Below, one piece after another: positions 41,165-49,740 of a stretch of 64,000 nucleotides of DNA; position 1 is the first letter of the stretch; every line of letters starts with the position of its first letter. The position numbers and the translations under genes are program-made. Under the pieces are notes generated by a model, which saw only the letters and a list, made by a program, of their open reading frames with translations, did no database searches and was not told where the DNA came from. Origin of the DNA: Actinophytocola sp. (lineage in GTDB: Bacteria; Actinomycetota; Actinomycetes; Mycobacteriales; Pseudonocardiaceae); contig NZ_JBOHGB010000021.1 of assembly GCF_050699935.1 (NCBI RefSeq), positions 3,245-67,244 of the forward strand, in the 5' to 3' direction.

Positions 41165-41953
41165 CTAGACCGGAACGGTCAGCGTCGCGGCGTATCCGTT
41201 GGTGGCGTCGCCGGTCACGTCGGCCAGTTGGGTGTCCCACCCGTCGCTGAACACGCCGTCGCTCTCCAGCGAGGTCCGCGCCAGGTTCGCGACGCTCTGT
41301 TCGTAGCCGTCGGTGGCGTAGACGGCCTCGCACGCGTCCTGGGGGAGCGCGAGCTGCGAGGTGACGAGCCGCGTGCCGGCCGATGTCGCGTCGGCCAGGG
41401 CGGGGTAGACCTCGAAGTGGACGTGCGGCCACCGGCCCGCGTACGCCGCCGGGAAGATGCTGGTGAACGCCAGCGCGCCGGCGCCGTCGGCCTCTTGCAC
41501 GCCGCGCAGGTAGTTCTTCTCCTCGGCGCCCGGGGAGTACAGCGAGTAGGCCCCGCCACGGTCGCAGTGCCACGCGTACACCGCCACGCCGGGCAGCGGG
41601 TCGCCGGTGTCGGCCTCGACGACGGTCAGCTCGATGCGCAGCGGCACGCCGTCGGCGGTCCCGCTCGCGGAGCCGAAGCTTGGGCGGATGTCGGCGCGGA
41701 CGATGCCGCTCTCGGTGAGCACGTTGGGCCCGTTGGAGCCGTCGCCGGGGAAGGGGCCGGCGGTCTCCTCGCGGATCTCCTCGAGCCGGCCGCCGGTCGC
41801 ATCCGTGCCCTCCGTCGTGGGAGGCGGGGTCGGGTCCGTGCTGCCGCAGCCGGCGAGGGCCGCGAGCCCCGCGCCGCCGAGCAGGGTCAGGGCCGCGCGT
41901 CTGTCGAGCAGCGTCGCGAGGTCGAACTGGAGGCCCCGGTCGAGGGCGTGCAT
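41165..41953 (-). CDS. secreted intradiol ring-cleavage dioxygenase-like protein (Tat signal plus lipobox)
   Basis: Contains RRAALTLLGGAGLAALAGC, then ...TAGPFPGDGSNG...GVPLRIELTVVE..G.PLPGVAVYAWHCD..G.YS...FTSIFPAAYAGRWPHVHFEV. Confidence 0.65.
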   Translation of the reverse strand: MHALDRGLQFDLATLLDRRAALTLLGGAGLAALAGCGSTDPTPPPTTEGTDATGGRLEEIREETAGPFPGDGSNGPNVLTESGIVRADIRPSFGSASGTADGVPLRIELTVVEADTGDPLPGVAVYAWHCDRGGAYSLYSPGAEEKNYLRGVQEADGAGALAFTSIFPAAYAGRWPHVHFEVYPALADATSAGTRLVTSQLALPQDACEAVYATDGYEQSVANLARTSLESDGVFSDGWDTQLADVTGDATNGYAATLTVPV

Positions 41954-41957
41954 CGGC

Positions 41958-42530
41958 TCAGCGACCGCCGCCCGGGGCCCAGAGCACGTCGCCGCCCGGG
42001 TTCGCCACCCGGGACAGGACGAACAGCAGGTCGGAGAGCCGGTTGAGGTACTTTGCGGCGAGCGTGTTGGTGCGCTCGGCGTCGGTCTCGACGAGCCGCC
42101 ACGCGCTGCGCTCGGCGCGCCGGGTGACCGTGCGGGCGACGTGCAGCAGCGCCGCGCCCGCGGTACCGCCGGGCAGGATGAACGAGTTCAGCTTCGGCAC
42201 CCGGGCGTTGAAGTCGTCGCACCAGCCCTCGAGCCGCTCGACGTAGGGCTCGGTGATACGCAGCGGCGGGTACTTCGGGTCCGCCACCACCGGCGCGCAC
42301 AGGTCGGCGCCGACGTCGAAGAGGTCGTTCTGGACGGCGCGCAGCACGTCGGCGATCTCGTCGGTGAGCCCGCCCATGGCGACCGCGACGCCGATCGCCG
42401 CGTTCGCCTCGTCCACGTCGGCGTACGCGGCCAGGCGTGCGTCGGTCTTGGGCACCCGGCGCCCGTCACCGAGCGCGGTGGTGCCGTCGTCGCCGACCTT
42501 CGTGTACACGCGAGTGATGTGAACGGCCAT
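41958..42530 (-). CDS. ATP:cob(I)alamin adenosyltransferase, PduO type
   Basis: Contains ITRVYTKVGDDGTTALGDG.RV.K.D.R..AYADVDEANA..G...NDLFDVGADL...SFILPGG....ALLHVARTV.RRAER. Confidence 0.85.
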   Translation of the reverse strand: MAVHITRVYTKVGDDGTTALGDGRRVPKTDARLAAYADVDEANAAIGVAVAMGGLTDEIADVLRAVQNDLFDVGADLCAPVVADPKYPPLRITEPYVERLEGWCDDFNARVPKLNSFILPGGTAGAALLHVARTVTRRAERSAWRLVETDAERTNTLAAKYLNRLSDLLFVLSRVANPGGDVLWAPGGGR

Positions 42531-42547
42531 GACCCGACCTTACGGGC

Positions 42548-43495
42548 TCAGCCCGCTACCTCCAGGAGGGTCTTGCCCACTGTGGCGCGGGACTCGATCG
42601 CCGCGTGTGCGTCCGCCGCCTGCTCCAGCCCGAAGCGCTGGCCGATGACCGGGCGCAGCCGTCCCGCGGCCGCCTCCGCGAGCGCGCTGCGCGTGCAGTC
42701 GCGCAGCTCCTCCTGGGTCGGCGTGCTCCGCACCAGCGTGACGCCGCGCGCGGCCGCCTCCTCCTCCGTCACCGAGGTCCAGCTGCCGCTCGCCAGGCCG
42801 AAGCGCAGCATCCGCCCGCCGCGGGGGAGCAGCTCAAACGCCGCCCGGCCGACCTCTCCGCCGACCCCGTCGAACACGACGTCGACCGAGCCGGCCCGGT
42901 CCGGCCAGCCCGGCGACCGGTAGTCCACGGCCTCGTCGGCGCCCAGCGCGCGTGCCAGGTCGAGCTTGCGTGCCCCACCGGCCGCCGCGACCACGTGCGC
43001 GCCGGCCGCCTTCGCCAGCTGCACGAGCAGGGTGCCGACCCCGCCGGCGGCCGCCTCGACGAGCACCCGCTCGCCCGGCTTGGGCTCGGCCGTGCGGACC
43101 AGCATCGTCGCCGTGCGACCGTCCGCCAGCAGGGCCGTCGCCGTGTCGAGCGCGAGGCCGTCGGGCACCGGGTACACGCCGTCCGCGTCGACGGCGGCCC
43201 GGGACGCGTAGCCGCCCGAGCCGCCGGTGCCGCTGACCACCCGGGTGCCGACCAGGCCCGGGTCCACCCCGTCGCCGACCGCGACGACCACGCCGCCGAC
43301 ACCGTTGCCGAGGATCAGCGGCGGCGCCAGCCGGAACGGGCCGGTGCCGGTGGCCCGGAACTGCGTCTCGATGAACGTGATGCCGGCGTGCGCCACCTCG
43401 ATCAGCGCCTGCCCCGGCCCGGGCTCCGGGTCGGGTGTGTCCCGAGCGACGAGCACCTCCGGCCCGCCGAATTCCGTCAACCACACCGCACGCAT
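42548..43495 (-). CDS. NADPH:quinone oxidoreductase / zinc-type alcohol dehydrogenase family (MDR)
   Basis: Contains MRAVWLTEFGGPEVLV...GNGVGGVVVAVGDGV...RVLVEAAAGGVGTLLVQLAKAAGA (Rossmann fold). Confidence 0.8.
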   Translation of the reverse strand: MRAVWLTEFGGPEVLVARDTPDPEPGPGQALIEVAHAGITFIETQFRATGTGPFRLAPPLILGNGVGGVVVAVGDGVDPGLVGTRVVSGTGGSGGYASRAAVDADGVYPVPDGLALDTATALLADGRTATMLVRTAEPKPGERVLVEAAAGGVGTLLVQLAKAAGAHVVAAAGGARKLDLARALGADEAVDYRSPGWPDRAGSVDVVFDGVGGEVGRAAFELLPRGGRMLRFGLASGSWTSVTEEEAAARGVTLVRSTPTQEELRDCTRSALAEAAAGRLRPVIGQRFGLEQAADAHAAIESRATVGKTLLEVAG

Positions 43496-43541
43496 GCCGC
43501 AAGCGTGCAACCTCCACCTAAGTCGAGGTCAAGCCCGTCCG

Positions 43542-44213
43542 TCAGTCCGACTCGGTTCGGTCCTGCCTGGACCGCCAGATCGGCCCGGTCGACGGCCCGG
43601 GCGACCGACCGGTAGACGGAGGCCCGCTCCCGGGGAAGATCCGGTCCCGGTAGACGAAGCCCACGCTCGCCAGCACGAGCACCACCAGCAACACCATCGC
43701 GAGCCAGAAGCCGACCCCGGAGTGGACGAGCTGGGCGACGTCGTCCGCACTGGGCGGCGGCTGCTCGTCGGTGGCCAGGCCCCGCGCGTAGTCGGTGAGC
43801 CGAGCGGTCAGGTTCGACTGGGCGACGACCTGCGTGACGATCGCGACGATGCCGGCGACCACCGCGAGCGCGGCGCCACCGAACATCCGCAGCCGCACCT
43901 GGTGCGCCAGTCGCGGCAGGAACGGCAGCACGACGCCCGCCACGAGCACGACCGCGAGGATGATCGCGAGCACCTGCACCCCGGGATCCGGCGCCGGGTC
44001 ATCGGGTGAGCCGGGCAGCTCCTCCGTGATGCCCTCCAGGCCCTGCGGGACCTCGACCTCGGGCCGCGCGTCGGTCGCGAGCCCCGCCCCGGTGTAGTCG
44101 GCGCCGATGGTGCCCAGCCCCACGTCGCAGGACACCGACAGGAACGGCAGGAACAGGAACAGCATCAGCACCAAGGCGAACCCGGCCGGGCTCGCCAGTC
44201 TCGCGGCCTTCAT
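43542..44213 (-). CDS. hypothetical integral membrane protein (223 aa)
   Basis: Four hydrophobic segments and a Pro/Gly-rich C-terminal tail. No family recognised. Confidence 0.5.
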   Translation of the reverse strand: MKAARLASPAGFALVLMLFLFLPFLSVSCDVGLGTIGADYTGAGLATDARPEVEVPQGLEGITEELPGSPDDPAPDPGVQVLAIILAVVLVAGVVLPFLPRLAHQVRLRMFGGAALAVVAGIVAIVTQVVAQSNLTARLTDYARGLATDEQPPPSADDVAQLVHSGVGFWLAMVLLVVLVLASVGFVYRDRIFPGSGPPSTGRSPGPSTGPIWRSRQDRTESD

Positions 44214-44310
44214 CGCATCCTCTCTGCGCCCAATGGCCGCAGGGTAGCGGACCCGTGGCGGGCGACGCCCGGCGAAGGCGAACGCCGGCCGTGGGGCATG
44301 ATGGGCGCTC

Positions 44311-45585
44311 GTGACGGAGCACTTCCAGGTTCATGGTGGGGCGCGGCTGTCCGGCGAGGTCGACGTCGTCGGCGCCAAGAACAGCGTGCTGAAGCTGATG
44401 GCCGCCGCGTTGCTCGCGGAGGGCACGACCACGCTCACGAACTGCCCGCAGATCCTGGACGTCCCGCTGATGGCCGAGGTGCTGCGCAGCCTCGGGTGCG
44501 AGGTCGCCATCGCGGCCGACACGGTCACCATCACCACGCCGGCCGAGCTCAACCACCGCGCCGACTCGGCGGCGATGGGCAAGCTGCGCGCGTCGGTCTG
44601 CGTGCTCGGCCCCCTGGTCGGCCGCTGCAAGCGCGCGGTCGTCGCGCTGCCCGGCGGCGACGCGATCGGGTCGCGGCCGCTGGACATGCACCAGAACGGC
44701 CTGCGCCAGCTGGGCGCGCACAGCGAGATCGAGCACGGCTGTGTCGTCGCCGAGGCCGAGGGCCTGCACGGTGCGCAGATCTGGCTGGACTTCCCGAGCG
44801 TGGGGGCCACCGAGAACATCCTGATGGCCGCCGTGCTGGCGAACGGGACCACGGTGATCGACAACGCCGCGCGCGAGCCGGAGATCGTCGACCTGTGCAC
44901 GATGCTGCGGCAGATGGGCGGCAAGATCGAGGGTGCGGGCACGTCGACGCTCACCGTGCACGGCGTGGACGCCCTGCGGCCCACCGAGCACCGGGTCATC
45001 GGCGACCGGATCGTCGGCGCCACGTGGGCCTTCGCGGCGGCCATGACCCGCGGCGACGTCACCGTGCGCGGGGTCGATCCGCACCACCTCGACCTCGTGC
45101 TGGAGAAGCTGCGTACCGCGGGGGCCGAGGTGTCGATCCTGAACGGCCAGGCGTTCCGCGTGGTGCAGCACGACCGGCCCACCGCGATCGACTTCGTGAC
45201 CCTGCCCTACCCGGGCTTCGCCACCGACCTCCAGCCCTTCGCGATCGCGCTGACCTCCATCGCCGACGGCACGTCGATGATCACGGAGAACCTGTTCGAG
45301 GCTCGGTTCCGGTTCATCGAGGAGATGGTCCGCCTGGGCGCCGACGCCCGCACCGACGGCCACCACGCGGTGGTTCGCGGCGTGGAGCGGCTGTCCAGCG
45401 CACCGGTCTGGGCGTCGGACATCCGGGCCGGCGTGGGCCTGGTGCTGGCCGGCCTGTGCGCCGAGGGCGTGACCGAGGTGTGGGACGTCTTCCACATCGA
45501 CCGCGGCTACCCGGGCCTCGTGGAGAACCTGATCAACCTGGGCGCGGACGTCCGCCGGGTGGCCGCGGCGCCCGAGCGCTCCTGA
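44311..45585 (+). CDS. murA: UDP-N-acetylglucosamine 1-carboxyvinyltransferase
   Basis: Contains [18 protein letters not shown]...[15 protein letters not shown]...YPGFATDLQ. The active-site residue 117 is Asp (GAC at 44659-44661). Confidence 0.93.
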   Translation: MTEHFQVHGGARLSGEVDVVGAKNSVLKLMAAALLAEGTTTLTNCPQILDVPLMAEVLRSLGCEVAIAADTVTITTPAELNHRADSAAMGKLRASVCVLGPLVGRCKRAVVALPGGDAIGSRPLDMHQNGLRQLGAHSEIEHGCVVAEAEGLHGAQIWLDFPSVGATENILMAAVLANGTTVIDNAAREPEIVDLCTMLRQMGGKIEGAGTSTLTVHGVDALRPTEHRVIGDRIVGATWAFAAAMTRGDVTVRGVDPHHLDLVLEKLRTAGAEVSILNGQAFRVVQHDRPTAIDFVTLPYPGFATDLQPFAIALTSIADGTSMITENLFEARFRFIEEMVRLGADARTDGHHAVVRGVERLSSAPVWASDIRAGVGLVLAGLCAEGVTEVWDVFHIDRGYPGLVENLINLGADVRRVAAAPERS

Positions 45586-45589
45586 CCCG

Positions 45590-46183
45590 TCAGTGTGCGT
45601 TGATGGTCACCTCGGCGCGTGCATACCGCTCCCGCGACACGAGCAGCTTGACGTCGTCCACGAGCGCGGCGAGCACCTTGTCGTAGCTGATGCGGATCTC
45701 GTCGAGGTCGCTCTCCTGGATCTCGTCGATCTCCGAGTAGGTGAACATCTCCTGCCATTCGGTGCGCCAGTGGTTTCCCGCTGCCTCACGACGCCTGACG
45801 AAGCCGCTGCGGATGCGCGCGTCCGCGCCCCACCGTCCGAATGTTTCGAAGCAGTGGCCGAGGAAGTTCTCGTATGCCTCGACCGCACCCTGGCTGAACA
45901 GCGGTGAGACGGAGAAGAAGAGGCGGTCGGTGTCCCGCTTGATCGCCACCACTTGGGGCGGGGTCAGCTCCTTCCACCGGCCGATGAAGGTGAGGTAGCA
46001 CATCAGGTCGTTCAACATCGGCGCGAGCTGACCGAAGTACTGGAGTCTCGCCTTGATCAACTCCTGGTTGCGCCACTGGTCCGCCTCCAATTGCTTGAGG
46101 CGCCGGTTGAGTTGGTAGCCGACGACCGCCACGACGATCGGTACCGACACGGCGGCGAGCGTCCGCACGAGATCGATGATCAC
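45590..46183 (-). CDS. hypothetical protein (197 aa), N-terminal TM helix, lower GC (about 60%)
   Basis: This is the real part of shadow ORF 45590..48166. GTG (complement of 46181-46183) gives VIIDLVRTLAAVSVPIVVAVVGYQLNRRLKQLEADQWRNQELIKARL... No recognisable family. Confidence 0.55.
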   Translation of the reverse strand: MIIDLVRTLAAVSVPIVVAVVGYQLNRRLKQLEADQWRNQELIKARLQYFGQLAPMLNDLMCYLTFIGRWKELTPPQVVAIKRDTDRLFFSVSPLFSQGAVEAYENFLGHCFETFGRWGADARIRSGFVRRREAAGNHWRTEWQEMFTYSEIDEIQESDLDEIRISYDKVLAALVDDVKLLVSRERYARAEVTINAH

Positions 46184-46297
46184 GGGTCGATCGTGGCACG
46201 GGACTTGCCGGACCTCTTCCTCCCGGGTCGTTGTGCGCGGCCGTCCGGGCGGGTAAGACAGTGGGGCACTTTCGCGCCCACCCGAGAAGGAGTCGGC

Positions 46298-48133
46298 ATG
46301 CGCACTCGCCGGATCGGTTCGGCCCTGTCGGTAGGAGTTCTGCTCGTCTCCGCGCTCGCGGCCGGCGGTACCACGGCCGTTGCCGACCGGGCGCCGGCCA
46401 AGGAACCGGTGGCCGTCGGGTACGGCGGGGCGGTCGTGTCGGACACCGCCGAGTCGACCGAGGCCGGCCTGGCCGTGCTGCGCAAGGGCGGCACCGCGAC
46501 CGACGCGGCGGTCGCCGTCGCGGCGACGCTCGGCGTCACCGACCCCTACGTCGCGGGCCTCGGCGGGGGCGGCTACTTCGTCCACTACGACGCGCGCACG
46601 CACCGGGTGTCCACGATCGACGGCCGCGAGACCACCCCGCGGGCCGGCAGCGAGACGATGTTCGTCGATCCGGTGACCGGCGAGCCCTACCCGTTCCCGG
46701 TCGCGGTGACGAGCGGGCTCGGCGTCGGCGTGCCGGGCATGCTGGCGACCTGGGAGCGTGCGCTGCAGCGGTGGGGCCGCTTCGACCTGGCGGACAACCT
46801 GGAGCCGGCCATCGAGGTGGCCGACGAGGGGTTCACCGTCGACGCGACGTTGCGCGAGCAGACCCGGCAGAACGAGAAGCGGTTCCGGCAGTTCGGCTCC
46901 ACGCGCGAGCTGTTCCTGCCCGGCGGCGAACTGCCGGTGGTCGGCTCGACGATGCGCAACCCGGACCTCGCGGACACCTACCGCGAGATCGCCCGCCACG
47001 GCACCGGCGCGCTGTACGGCGGCTCGGTCGGCCGCGACGTGGTGGACGCGGTGCGCACGCCGCCGGTGGCCCCGGACGCGACGATCGACCCGCTGCCGGG
47101 CCTGATGACACTGCCCGACCTCAAGCGCTACCACACGATCGACCGCCGCCCGGCGCACGCGCGCTACCGCGGGTACGACGTGTACGGCATGGCGCCGTCG
47201 TCCAGCGGCGGCATCACGGTCGGCGAGTCGCTGAACGTCCTCGAGCGGTTCGAGCTGTCCGAAATGGACCCCGTACAGGCACTGCACCACTATCTGGAGG
47301 CGACCCGCCTCGCGTTCGCCGACCGCGGGCGCTACCTCGGCGATCCGGCCTATGTGGACGTTCCACAGCGGCAGCTGCTGTCGGACCGGTTCGCCAGGCA
47401 GCGCGCGTGCGAGATCGACCCGGCCGCGGCGGCCACGAGCCCGGTGCCCCCGGGCGACCCGTTCGGCCCGGGCACCTGTACCGCGCCCGGTGCCGCCACG
47501 CCGGACGCCAACCAGGGCGCGCACACGAACCACTTCGTGGTGAGCGACCGGTGGGGCAACGTGGTGTCCTACACCAACACCATCGAGCAGCTCGGCGGCA
47601 GCGGCATCGTCGTGCCGGGGCGCGGTTTCCTGCTGAACAACGAGCTGACGGACTTCAACTTCGCCCCGACACAGGGTGACGCCCCCGACCCGAACCTGGC
47701 GGCGCCGGGCAAGCGGCCGCGCTCGAGCATGTCGCCGACCATCGTGCTCGAGCACGGCAAGCCGTTCCTGGCCGTCGGTTCCCCGGGCGGCGCATCGATC
47801 ATCACGACGGTGGTGCAGATCCTGCTGAACCGCGTGGACCTCGGCATGACGCTGCCGGAGGCCATCGCCGCCCCGCGTGCCTCCCAGCGCAACGGGTCGA
47901 CCACGCAGGTCGAGCCGTCGTTCCTGGAGCTGCCGGTGGTGGCGGGCCTGGAGGCGCTCGGGCACGAGTTCGCGGTGAACACGACGTCGCCACTGGACCC
48001 GGACATCAGGACCAGCGGCGACATCGGCGCGGCGTCGGGCCTGGAGTTCCTGGGCCGTGGCGAGGTGCTGGCCGCCGGCGAACCGGAGCGCCGGGGCGGC
48101 AGCGCCGCCGGCGTGGTGTATCCATCGCAATAG
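46298..48133 (+). CDS. ggt: gamma-glutamyltransferase
   Basis: ATG follows GAGAAGGAG. Signal peptide present. Contains GGTATDAAVAVAATLGVTDPYVAGLGGGGYF...HTNHFVVSDRWGNVVSYTNTIE (autoprocessing Thr) ...PGKRPRSSMSPTIV...GSPGGASII. Confidence 0.9.
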   Translation: MRTRRIGSALSVGVLLVSALAAGGTTAVADRAPAKEPVAVGYGGAVVSDTAESTEAGLAVLRKGGTATDAAVAVAATLGVTDPYVAGLGGGGYFVHYDARTHRVSTIDGRETTPRAGSETMFVDPVTGEPYPFPVAVTSGLGVGVPGMLATWERALQRWGRFDLADNLEPAIEVADEGFTVDATLREQTRQNEKRFRQFGSTRELFLPGGELPVVGSTMRNPDLADTYREIARHGTGALYGGSVGRDVVDAVRTPPVAPDATIDPLPGLMTLPDLKRYHTIDRRPAHARYRGYDVYGMAPSSSGGITVGESLNVLERFELSEMDPVQALHHYLEATRLAFADRGRYLGDPAYVDVPQRQLLSDRFARQRACEIDPAAAATSPVPPGDPFGPGTCTAPGAATPDANQGAHTNHFVVSDRWGNVVSYTNTIEQLGGSGIVVPGRGFLLNNELTDFNFAPTQGDAPDPNLAAPGKRPRSSMSPTIVLEHGKPFLAVGSPGGASIITTVVQILLNRVDLGMTLPEAIAAPRASQRNGSTTQVEPSFLELPVVAGLEALGHEFAVNTTSPLDPDIRTSGDIGAASGLEFLGRGEVLAAGEPERRGGSAAGVVYPSQ

Positions 48134-48140
48134 GACAGAC

Positions 48141-48167
48141 GGTGGCCGGGTCGCCGACCCGGCCACC
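48141..48167. terminator. bidirectional stem-loop between convergent ggt and the SUOX-like gene
   Basis: GGTGGCCGGGTC-GCC-GACCCGGCCACC: a perfect 12 bp stem with a 3 nt loop. There is no U-tract, so function is inferred only. Confidence 0.4.
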
Positions 48168-48173
48168 GCCGGC

Positions 48174-49069
48174 TCAGCGGACGGTCACCGGGATCCGCTG
48201 CGCCAGGTTGTTCGCCATCCCCTGCACGTTCCACGGCTGCTCCACCGGCTGCACGCCCTCGGCGTCCGCCGCCCGGCAGCACAGGGTGTACTCGCCGGGT
48301 ACCGCGTCCCACGTGCACGACCACGGCCGCCACGCGTGGCGCGAGCGGCTCGGCCCGAGCGAGGCCGACGTCCACGTCAGCCCGTCGTCGACGCTCACGT
48401 CCACTCCGGACACCAGGGCACGGCCCGACCACGCGCGGCCGAACAGGGTCACCGGTCCCGCGTCCACGACCCGCCGCCGGGTCATGAAGTCCGGGAACCC
48501 CGGCGGGACGGCCAGCGCCCGCGGCTGGATCCGCGACACCGGCACGCCGGGATCCTCGGCCGAGGTGCGCAACCGGTAGGCGACCTCGTTCTGGAACCCG
48601 GTGAACGGCGTGAACAGCACCGTGATCTCCCGCAGCCACTTCACGTGCGCCATCCCGTACCAGCCCGGCACGATCAGCCGCACGGGCGCGCCGTGCTGCG
48701 GCGGCAGCGGCGCCCCGTTCATCTCGTACGCCAGCAGCACGTCCTCCGCCGTGGCGTCCGCGAGCGGCAGCGCCCGGCCGTAGTCCTGCTCGACCCCGCG
48801 CTCGGTCCCGTGGTCGAGCCCGGTGAACGCGACGTCGACCGCGCCGTCGAGCACGCCCGCCTCGGCCAGCAGCGCCGGCAGCGAGCAGCCGGTCCACGCC
48901 GCGGTCCCGACCGCCTCGTCCAGCCACGGCTGGCTGACCGGGCGGGGTGCAGCCGCGCCCGGCCGTTGCCCGCGCACTCCAGGGTCACCGTCCGGGTCAT
49001 GGCGGGCCGGGCCCGCAGCGCGGCGAGGTCGAGCGTCAGCGGGTCGCGGACGTGGCCGCCGACCCGCAG
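48174..49069 (-). pseudogene. sulfite-oxidase-family molybdopterin oxidoreductase, 5'-truncated with one frameshift
   Basis: The main frame carries AVGTAAWTG..L..LL..AGV...LLAYEMNGAPLPPQHGAPVRLIVPGWYGMAHVKWL and the Mo-co dimerisation domain. The segment LRVGGHVRDPLTLDLAALRARPAMTRTVTLECAGNGRARLHP is in another frame (shift at G-run 48944-48947). No upstream catalytic-domain start is present. Confidence 0.65.
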
Positions 49070-49075
49070 CCGGGT

Positions 49076-49180
49076 CCGCCTCCCCGGAATTCATTGTGTT
49101 GGTTGCGTTGGGGACGGAAGGGTCTGTTTGGTCACGTACTTGTGGCTGGGTTGCGTCACGTTCCCCTTAGGTGCGGTTGG
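49076..49180 (-). repeat. MITE/MIRU-like repeat, copy b (105 bp)
   Basis: The reverse complement is CCAACCGCACCTAAGGGGAACGTGACGCAACCCAGCCACAAGTACGTGACCAAACAG...ACACAATGAATTCCGGGGAGGCGG. Confidence 0.9.
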
Positions 49181-49285
49181 GAAGGCCTCGGCTTGGTTTG
49201 ATCTTGGGTGTCACAAGGGGTTTCATGACGGCCACCTCCCGGCACCAGGGTGCACCCGCGGCGGGGCGTCGGGCTAGGCCGGTGA

Positions 49286-49681
49286 CTATGGGGAGTTCCG
49301 CAACAGCACGTCGATCGCGGTCGCCTCGTCGGACGGGAAGACGAGGATGCGCAGTCCGACCCCGTCCTCGGCGGGGACCGTGGTGGCCGCGACCCCGGCC
49401 CGCTTGAGCTGGGACTCGACCACCCGGGCCGCGGTCGAGGACGGAACCTTGGCCACCTCGCGCAGCAGCCCGTAGTCCTTTCGGTGCGCCTTGTCCGTGT
49501 CGAGGCTGGACGCCCACCGCAGGACCAGCGCCAGCAGTCCGAGGACCACCAGCGGGATCAGCAGGGTGTAGTCGCCCACGCGACCATTGTCCGACTCCGG
49601 CGCCGAAAGGGCACCCACCAATGCGTCGCGAACGGTGCGAGCACGTGCCGGCACCGCCCGTCCTGTGAGGAATGGCACCAC
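49286..49681 (-). CDS. hypothetical small membrane protein (start uncertain)
   Basis: One TM helix (YTLLIPLVVLGLLALVLRW) followed by a soluble domain (DYGLLREVAKVPSSTAARVVESQLKRAGV...LRILVFPSDEATAIDVLL). Divergent from the mutase gene. Confidence 0.45.
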   Translation of the reverse strand: MVPFLTGRAVPARARTVRDALVGALSAPESDNGRVGDYTLLIPLVVLGLLALVLRWASSLDTDKAHRKDYGLLREVAKVPSSTAARVVESQLKRAGVAATTVPAEDGVGLRILVFPSDEATAIDVLLRNSP

Positions 49682-49740
49682 GGTGTCCGCGGTTACCGGC
49701 CAGTACTCTCGGTAGGTGCACCCGTCGACGGAGGTGTCCG

